64,000 nucleotides of DNA from the NCBI GenBank assembly GCA_977018835.1, contig OZ361258.1, forward strand, positions 4,898,001 to 4,962,000, given 5' to 3'. Numbering within the stretch: position 1 is the stretch's first letter; every line of letters starts with the position of its first letter. The position numbers and the translations under genes were made by a program. The stretch comes from Minutocellus sp. GHC0000111. Its lineage: Eukaryota. The notes beneath the pieces were generated by a model that was given only the letters and a program-made list of their open reading frames with translations, had not been told where the DNA came from and did not search any database. Shown here piece by piece: positions 57,225 to 64,000 of this stretch.

Positions 57225-59741
57225 ATGCCATCAGCCACCGCCCAAATAGTCGATCCCAAAACGCTCGACCCATCGCGCATCCTCAACCTCAACGTCGGCG
57301 TCCTGGGCCACGTCGATTCCGGCAAGACGTCGCTGGTCAAGACCCTCTCCACTCTGCTGTCGACCGCCAGCCTCGACAAGAGCGCGCAGAGTCGTCAGCG
57401 CGGCATTACGCTGGATTTGGGATTCAGCGCCTTTTTGATGGCCCCCGTGCCCGATCGGATTGCCAACGATCCCCGCTATTCCGAGGAGGTGCCGCCAGGT
57501 GATGATGATACTACTAATGAAGACGATGGCGAAAATAATAAGCAACCGCAAGAACAAGCAATGCCAAAGCGGAGGTGCAAATACGACGCCCTCCAAATTA
57601 CCCTGGTGGACTGTCCCGGCCACGCCTCGCTCATCCGCACCATCATCGGCGGCGCGCAGATCATCGACATGGTCCTGCTGGTCATCGACGCCACCAAGGG
57701 CATCCAAACCCAGACGGCCGAGTGCATCGTCATCGCCGAGATGACCTGTCGGGATATGATTGTGGTACTGAACAAGATTGATCTGTTTGGTTCCGATTTA
57801 TCGGTTAGAGATGAAAAGCTCAAGGAAGTGGAGGGACGAGTCCGAAGTGTATTGCGCAAAACCAAGTTCCGGAACTGCCACATGGTCGGTGTCAGCGCGT
57901 GCGTCGGTGGAGAAAAGGTCGCGGCGGTCAGTCTGGAGGCGGGCGACAAGGCCGACAAGTCCGGCAAGACAACAGCAACGACGGCGAAGGCCGATTCGTC
58001 TTCGCCGAGCAAAGCGGCAGACAAGGACAAGGCCCAGTCGGCTGGACCGGCGGTACCCACGCACAACATTGATGGGCTCCTCCAACTCCTCACCTCGACG
58101 CTCCGTCCTCCCACCCGAGACGATGCGCAGACCACACCGTTCCGCTTTGCCGTCGATCATTGCTTCCCCATCCGCGGTCAGGGCACCGTCCTCACCGGTA
58201 CGGTCCTATCTGGCGCACTCAAAGTCGGCGAGGAGATCGAATTCCCCACCCTCGGCGCGCAGCAACGAAAAGTCAAATCGATGCAAATGTTCCGTCGCAA
58301 GGTGCCCTCTGTGAGACAGGGCGATCGGGCGGGCATATGCATTGCCAACTTCGATCCCAAGTTGATGGAACGGGGCATCGCAGCGGCGCCTGGCACCGTT
58401 CGGTTGATCGATGGGGCCATCGCCGTGGTGCGCAAGGTGCGGTACTTTCGGGGTGGGCTGAGCAGTGGAGCGAAATTTCATGTCAGCGTTGGACACAGCA
58501 CCGTCATGGCGACGGTGACCTTTTGGGGGGGGCATGAGATTCGCAATCGGTTGCGGTTGATGAAGGGAGCGAAGACGGCAAATAAGGCACATGGAGATGA
58601 TGACAATATTGAATCCGGAGTGCAAGGCATGGCGATTGCAGACGAAACTTCTAAAAGTTCCAAGGCGAAGAAGAATGCCAGTGAATCTGTCCACGGATCC
58701 TCGTCTCTTGGCGGGGATGCTGACATTGCTGGTCTTCCGCGGCTTGAGTTTAGCTACGATGAGGATTTTGTCCATCAGGACGGCTACCTGGAGCAGTTGG
58801 ACGATGACGGGCATGATCATGGCGGTGGTGATAACGATGCTCTGCCACTGCATTGGGCTTTGTTGCATTTTCACACACCGGTGTATTGTCCTCTGGATTC
58901 TCTCGTCATTGGCTCGAGATTGGATACCGATATCAACGTCAATACCTGCCGGCTTGCCTTTTCGGGTCGTCTCGTAGAGCGTTATGATCCCAAAACAGAC
59001 GCAGATAGGATTCGAGTTTACACCAAGAAGGAACGCTCTGGTGTGGTTTGTCGGCTGGGCGATCCTCACCGCAGGGAGGACGATGGGAAAATTGTACGGT
59101 ATGAAGTATTTGGCACCGACTTGTTCAAGAAGGAGACCAATATGACGACATTTGTGGGGATGAAGCTGGAAACCGACAAGGGTGATATCGGCGTCATTCA
59201 ATCCTCTTTTGGTACATCTGGAAAATTCAAGGTATTCTTTCCAACCGGGACAGACGTTCGAGAGGGCGATAAGTTGCACTTGCGCTTCAAGCGGTATGCG
59301 AACGATCCAAAGAAGGCGATGCATCAAGATGCTGTCTTGCCAAAAGAGCGTGTCGGAACAAGGCTCGAGCCAGCAGGTAAAAAGAAAAAAAAGGGCAAGG
59401 CCGACTCACAGTCCAAGTCAAATGCCAAAAAGAATGGAAACGATAGCAATGCGGCCGCAGCAAATGCGACATCGGGCAGTGTGACCACATCTGGCGAAAT
59501 TGTGAGCCTAAAGGGCGATCCCGTCGCCGGGAAACACGAAGTCGTTATTGTGGCTGGATTCTTCTCCCCTGAGATCAACATTCGCGAATACGCCGGCAGA
59601 GCTGTAAAGATTGTTGGCCAAGACGATGTCATTGGGAAAGTAGATGGGCCATTCGGAAAGGCTGGCAAGTGCAAGGTTTCATTTGAGGGCGGCTTGCCTG
59701 TCGACGGAACCATCGGCAAGAAGGTCGAACTTTTGCAATGA
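57225..59741 (+). CDS. EEFSEC: Selenocysteine-specific elongation factor (eEFSec/SelB)
   Basis: NLNVGVLGHVDSGKTSL, RGITLDLGFS, LVDCPGHASLIRTIIGGAQIID, NKID, DHCFPIRGQGTV, CRLAF.G and FGTSGKFKV. Confidence 0.93.
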   Translation: MPSATAQIVDPKTLDPSRILNLNVGVLGHVDSGKTSLVKTLSTLLSTASLDKSAQSRQRGITLDLGFSAFLMAPVPDRIANDPRYSEEVPPGDDDTTNEDDGENNKQPQEQAMPKRRCKYDALQITLVDCPGHASLIRTIIGGAQIIDMVLLVIDATKGIQTQTAECIVIAEMTCRDMIVVLNKIDLFGSDLSVRDEKLKEVEGRVRSVLRKTKFRNCHMVGVSACVGGEKVAAVSLEAGDKADKSGKTTATTAKADSSSPSKAADKDKAQSAGPAVPTHNIDGLLQLLTSTLRPPTRDDAQTTPFRFAVDHCFPIRGQGTVLTGTVLSGALKVGEEIEFPTLGAQQRKVKSMQMFRRKVPSVRQGDRAGICIANFDPKLMERGIAAAPGTVRLIDGAIAVVRKVRYFRGGLSSGAKFHVSVGHSTVMATVTFWGGHEIRNRLRLMKGAKTANKAHGDDDNIESGVQGMAIADETSKSSKAKKNASESVHGSSSLGGDADIAGLPRLEFSYDEDFVHQDGYLEQLDDDGHDHGGGDNDALPLHWALLHFHTPVYCPLDSLVIGSRLDTDINVNTCRLAFSGRLVERYDPKTDADRIRVYTKKERSGVVCRLGDPHRREDDGKIVRYEVFGTDLFKKETNMTTFVGMKLETDKGDIGVIQSSFGTSGKFKVFFPTGTDVREGDKLHLRFKRYANDPKKAMHQDAVLPKERVGTRLEPAGKKKKKGKADSQSKSNAKKNGNDSNAAAANATSGSVTTSGEIVSLKGDPVAGKHEVVIVAGFFSPEINIREYAGRAVKIVGQDDVIGKVDGPFGKAGKCKVSFEGGLPVDGTIGKKVELLQ

Positions 59742-59889
59742 TACTAACTGGTGGCAATCAAGCACTTGCCTCCTAGCTTGCTAAGTGGTTTATTGAGATA
59801 TAAATTAGAAACGACACGCAACTTCTTTTATCTAGTGAACTGAATTGTATCGCAGAATATTGTACTTGTTGGTACCATAGAGTATAAAT

Positions 59890-60987
59890 CTACATTGTAA
59901 AATGGTCTCCGCCAAATCGATTGATTCGAATAGGACTGCCAATGTCACTACCGCAATCACTGCCTTGCACAGACGTCATGGGCGAAATGTTCCCATCTCT
60001 TTCCTCTTCGACCACTGCCTCATCAATGAATGGTTTGTAAAGATTATAGGGATTGGCCAGCCAAAGCGAAGGGACTCGAATTGACCGTAGAGAAATCCTG
60101 CTGCTGACCTCGCTCATGTCGTAGCTGCACTCGAAACTGATTCCGCAATCTTCCTCATCCAGAGACGTTGCTTCAAAGCAACCACCTTCGTTCCAGTTGT
60201 TGCGATCAGTCAAGGTGCTCGTAGCTGGCAGCACAGAGGGAAAACTTCCGAGAACGAAGCCGCTCTTGTCTCGCTTTCGATACTGGAGCCGACGATGCAT
60301 TGTGACATACATCGAGAACGCTAGCGCTAGCAGGATGAAGGCAGTCAGCGTGATGATGGGAATGAAGTACTGCCGATTGGCTTTACGCCAAGATGTAGGA
60401 GTCGGCTTTGTGGTAGAGCTTGTCACTGCATTGCCCTTTTCGGCACTGACAACTATCACGCTCGACTTGTCGATTAGGCGCTTGTCATTTGGGCCTGCCA
60501 TATCTGTTGCCACAGTTGGTGATGGGCTTGGCATGTGAGTCCGGTGTCGAAGTCTATTGTCAGAGCTGATGACATTCCGATCCGCATCACGCTCCAAGTT
60601 GCTTATCGACTCGAAGGTATCTCTACAAATCTCGTCAAAATACCAAGACCTCTCTTGGTTCTCGTCAAGTGGGCCGCGGGCAGATAGGCGCGCATTTGCT
60701 CCACTGCAACAGTCTTCGTCCGTTTCGGTGTCGAACTCACATAGACATACAAGAGAATGAAAGTTGGCCTGCAGCGAGAGCGGAAGCATGTCAAACGAGT
60801 CAAAATCGGTAAACGCTTCCTCATTGATCAGTCCCAAGTACTCGAATCTATCAATAGCGCCGTCCTTGTTCACATCCGCATCAAGCAAGATGTTTTGACA
60901 GCTGTAATCTGATCGGAAGATGTTGTCGGCAGCTGCTGAGTGGACCAACAGGGGCAAAAGGAGACAATAGCCAGGTAAATGTCCCAT
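59890..60987 (-). CDS. Single-pass membrane protein with EF-hand-like/Cys-rich extracellular domain
   Basis: Signal peptide, DADVNKDGAIDRFEY, LPLSLQANFHSLVCLC..CC and TM YFIPIITLTAFILLALAFSMYV. Confidence 0.7.
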   Translation of the reverse strand: MGHLPGYCLLLPLLVHSAAADNIFRSDYSCQNILLDADVNKDGAIDRFEYLGLINEEAFTDFDSFDMLPLSLQANFHSLVCLCEFDTETDEDCCSGANARLSARGPLDENQERSWYFDEICRDTFESISNLERDADRNVISSDNRLRHRTHMPSPSPTVATDMAGPNDKRLIDKSSVIVVSAEKGNAVTSSTTKPTPTSWRKANRQYFIPIITLTAFILLALAFSMYVTMHRRLQYRKRDKSGFVLGSFPSVLPATSTLTDRNNWNEGGCFEATSLDEEDCGISFECSYDMSEVSSRISLRSIRVPSLWLANPYNLYKPFIDEAVVEEERDGNISPMTSVQGSDCGSDIGSPIRINRFGGDHFTM

Positions 60988-61182
60988 ATTGAATTGGTAT
61001 TGGTATTGTATGCAGCTGCCAGTCGAATGTTCTGGATGGTTTGTGGTGACTGCATTGGCAATGCCCTTTTTTGTTCGCGACTTTGCCTCGAGCGGTTTAT
61101 CGATTCTCGATGCTCGTTATCGAAACACATACAAATCGAAGAAAGTTCGCCCTGGCACCACGAGGTGCAGCAGGCCGGCACT

Positions 61183-61738
61183 TCATTGCATGATATCATT
61201 CGCCGAAACAATCTCGGCACAACCAAACTTTTTGATCTGCTCCAATCCCTGCCTGTGCCCAGCCGCACCACACACCGACGTCACGCCCTCCTCAACAACA
61301 AACACATTGTACGATTCATAAAAGGCATCCATCGCGGTGGCGAAGACACAGTAGTCGGTGTTAATCCCGCAAAGATAAACATAGGTGATTCGATGCGCCT
61401 GTAACACATCGTTGAGCGTCGACGGCTGAGCGAACAAACACACGTTGCGTTTTGGCATCTTCTTTTTTGGTCTGGCCGTTTCTGCTTGTTGCATCCGCCA
61501 ATACGCTTCGAAGTTCTGGTATTAGCCGAGCTTCTTCGCTGCCCATCTGACCGCCTGGATAAAGTCTTCGCAGGGAAGTTCCATTCCAAATCCAAAGGTG
61601 ACTGTCGATTATAAGATCGAAGGAAGATGAGGTTGCAAGACGATGAATCGTTTCGATGACTTCCTTCTTTCGGTAAGAAATGTTGGCTACCTGTTCCACG
61701 GACATGTCAATTACGACGAGAGCATTCTTTTGTGTCAT
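61183..61738 (-). CDS. Isochorismatase/cysteine-hydrolase family protein with an internal frameshifting deletion
   Basis: ALVVIDM and VYLCGINTDYCVFATAMDAF...VVEEGVTS. The halves lie in different frames and join at TTCGC (~61430-61434). Confidence 0.85.
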
Positions 61739-62035
61739 ATTGCCAGTGCTAGCAGGTGCGTCATTTGCTAATGACTGACAATGCCAACTACTAACTACGG
61801 TCTCGTGCATGCATGCATACATGTATTGCCGGTTGATCTCCTGGGGCGCTCCATCCGTTTCGCCGCGCCGTCGGCGAGGTTTCGTCGTCACCAGATATGG
61901 CCATCGCCTTGTTTACAGGTACGCGAGAAACAACATAACCTCTACGCAGCTACATGTACATGTAGCTAGATAGCAATCGCATGGCTATGTAGAATATCGT
62001 GTTACTATTCCCAGCACAAATAATCCGATGAAAAT

Positions 62036-63842
62036 CTACGGAGCCTTCTCTTCGCCAAAATCAAAACCAAAGTCTTTATCCAATGCATCCAGGCCAGGCA
62101 AATCAAGAATTTCCTCATCAAATGAATCTTGACGTGGTCTACCGGCGCTCTCTGACAAGAGGTTATTGCTCGGCATGGCAGGAGGCTTTGAATCACAAAA
62201 CGAGTTCTGCTCCATTTCGACGCCCGACGATACAGCCATTGGACCAGTACCATACAAAGTTTCAAGTGCCTTCTTCTTCTCCTCTTCCTTTTGCTTTTCT
62301 ATTCGGAGTCGCCGGCAGAGATTATTCTTTCGCTGTGTATATTACATTGACCGTTGGAAAAAGTTTAGACAAATATGCTCGTCGAGAATTAATCATGGGT
62401 ACCACATCCTAAATCAATCCAAAAATCCCAGGTCCCTCCTCAACTCTACTTACCTGTTTCAGAGAAATTCCTTCGTCATCTTTGATATCCTTCTCCTTCT
62501 GACCTGGCTTTATATCGAATTCGAAACCTCCAGCTATCAAGGCATCAGTTAACGGAAGGTCGGGACCATCTTGCTTGGCGCGAAGTGCCTTGGCCATCCT
62601 TGGATCAATGATGTTTCGTGAGCCCGTTCGCTTTGATTTTCCCTTTGCTACGCCACCAGGAGCAGGGCCGATGGTTTTGTCGTCGCCTTCTTCTCGCCGT
62701 CGTTTCGCAGAATTGGAAGAGGGAGCCTCTTCCACGTTTGCCTCCGAGAGCTGAATACCTGCATTTGCAGTCTCAAAGATATCCGATAAATCAGTATCTA
62801 AAACGACGGAGCCGCCTACGTCAAATGGAACACGCTCCCTTGGTAGATTGAATTCCGCGAGTCGACGCAGTACCTCTTCTTGCGACCCTCGATGAAGCTT
62901 TGCCCGTAATCGGATATTGGTCGGCATCAGCCGTTGAACAACAGGGTAGATGATATAATTTATGATAGGACTTCCATTGACAACATGGATGGATCGGGGA
63001 CGGATAGGAAAGGCGACGTCGAGAGCAACTTGCATGACTCCTGACCATTTCCTCGAATAATGTTTCCGTGTAGCGTTCTTGCCGTCGACGATAATGACAT
63101 ATCCTCGACTTCGGACATGCGAGTTTTGGATAATGACCTCGATCAGGTAGGCAAGTGTCTTCATTTCCTGTCTCAGGCTGAACTTGGACCAGTCTCTGTT
63201 GTCAAAGCAAAAGTAGATGATTGCTCGGCCTGCTGCGTCAGTGTTGGGTAGAAGCTGGAAGACTCGGGAGTTGGCCATGTTGAGAACTTCACCGTTCATA
63301 GCACCGGCCAGTGTCATTGGTGGTAGAAAGCACGCGTCCTCCCCAAAGTTTTCAAGGCGAAACTGCCAGTACAATGCCAACCGCACAGCTGCGAGCTGAA
63401 TATTCCCTTCCTCGCATTGCAAAAACAGCAGCTTTCGTTCCTTGCTGACCTCATCGGGACATAAGGTGGTTGCCTTGAAATACGCCGCGGTCGATTCTGG
63501 TGGAAGTGTTCCCATTTGCTGATCCAGTGCCGCAAGACGCATGTGATCATGCATTGTGAGAGCGGCCGACGCGGAATTGTCGCCGATGTATACATTCCAA
63601 TTGACACCGCCGCTGCCGACGCCAAGCCCCGACATACCATTAGTAATGGTCTGTATTCCGGTCAGATCGCTTTGCAATTTCATAAGCTCGGCGATGTTCA
63701 GGGTGGCCAGTTCCCTCTGTTCATCTTGGTCCGTAAATTTGGGCTGTACATCAACCGGTGGTTCATCGGAATCGTCATTCCCGTCGTAAGCATTAGCGGC
63801 ATGTTGCTGTTCCTCGACGATGGGCGGGGCGCTGGTCTGCAT
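62036..63842 (-). CDS. CRAL-TRIO (Sec14-like) domain protein with C-terminal DPRM...GGF.F...SLKQRKNNL.RRLR domain
   Basis: FLQCE...AAVRLALYWQFR..FG, DAAGRAI, FPIRPRSIHVVN and P.DVGG. Intron 62333-62453 (GTAAGT...CAG), phase 0. Confidence 0.85.
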
Positions 63843-64000
63843 GGTGTTCTTGTTTCTTGATGTCCGCCGCCAGAAAGGATTCGATACCACACGCGGATTG
63901 GAATGAGTAGGAATTCCAAATCCGATTATTGATCTATACCGTTTTGGCGGACATGTATTGCGTCATCGTGACGGCAAGCAGACAAAACAGTCCGCCAAAA

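Overview
This is eukaryotic nuclear DNA, most likely from a diatom. It has GT-AG introns, a signal peptide plus AF-AP plastid-targeting motif on the DAHP synthase, and typical diatom families (DUF6824, HSF, expanded trypsins, alpha-CA-like, SGNH-like). About 25 host genes are present: xanthine dehydrogenase, two Cu-only-type SOD-like proteins, a five-AP2-repeat transcription factor, membralin, four trypsins, a glycosyltransferase, a plastid M41-like protein, a stand-alone periplasmic-binding-fold protein, class II DAHP synthase, HSF, eEFSec, an isochorismatase and a CRAL-TRIO protein. The most notable element is a degenerate piggyBac-like transposase with a YqaJ/lambda-exonuclease domain nested inside its catalytic core. 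Its left end abuts an apparently identical 1,138-bp inverted copy of part of the neighbouring gene. Other elements are a MITE with a 9-bp TSD carrying telomere repeats, a 1.78-kb non-LTR-like insert with a 16-bp TSD, a LINE RT relic between inverted repeats, and an 11-unit diverged ~187-bp tandem array. About ten host genes carry stops, frameshifts or microhomology-bounded deletions, which reflects either regional decay or assembly error. All family assignments come from motif recognition by eye; no database searches were run.
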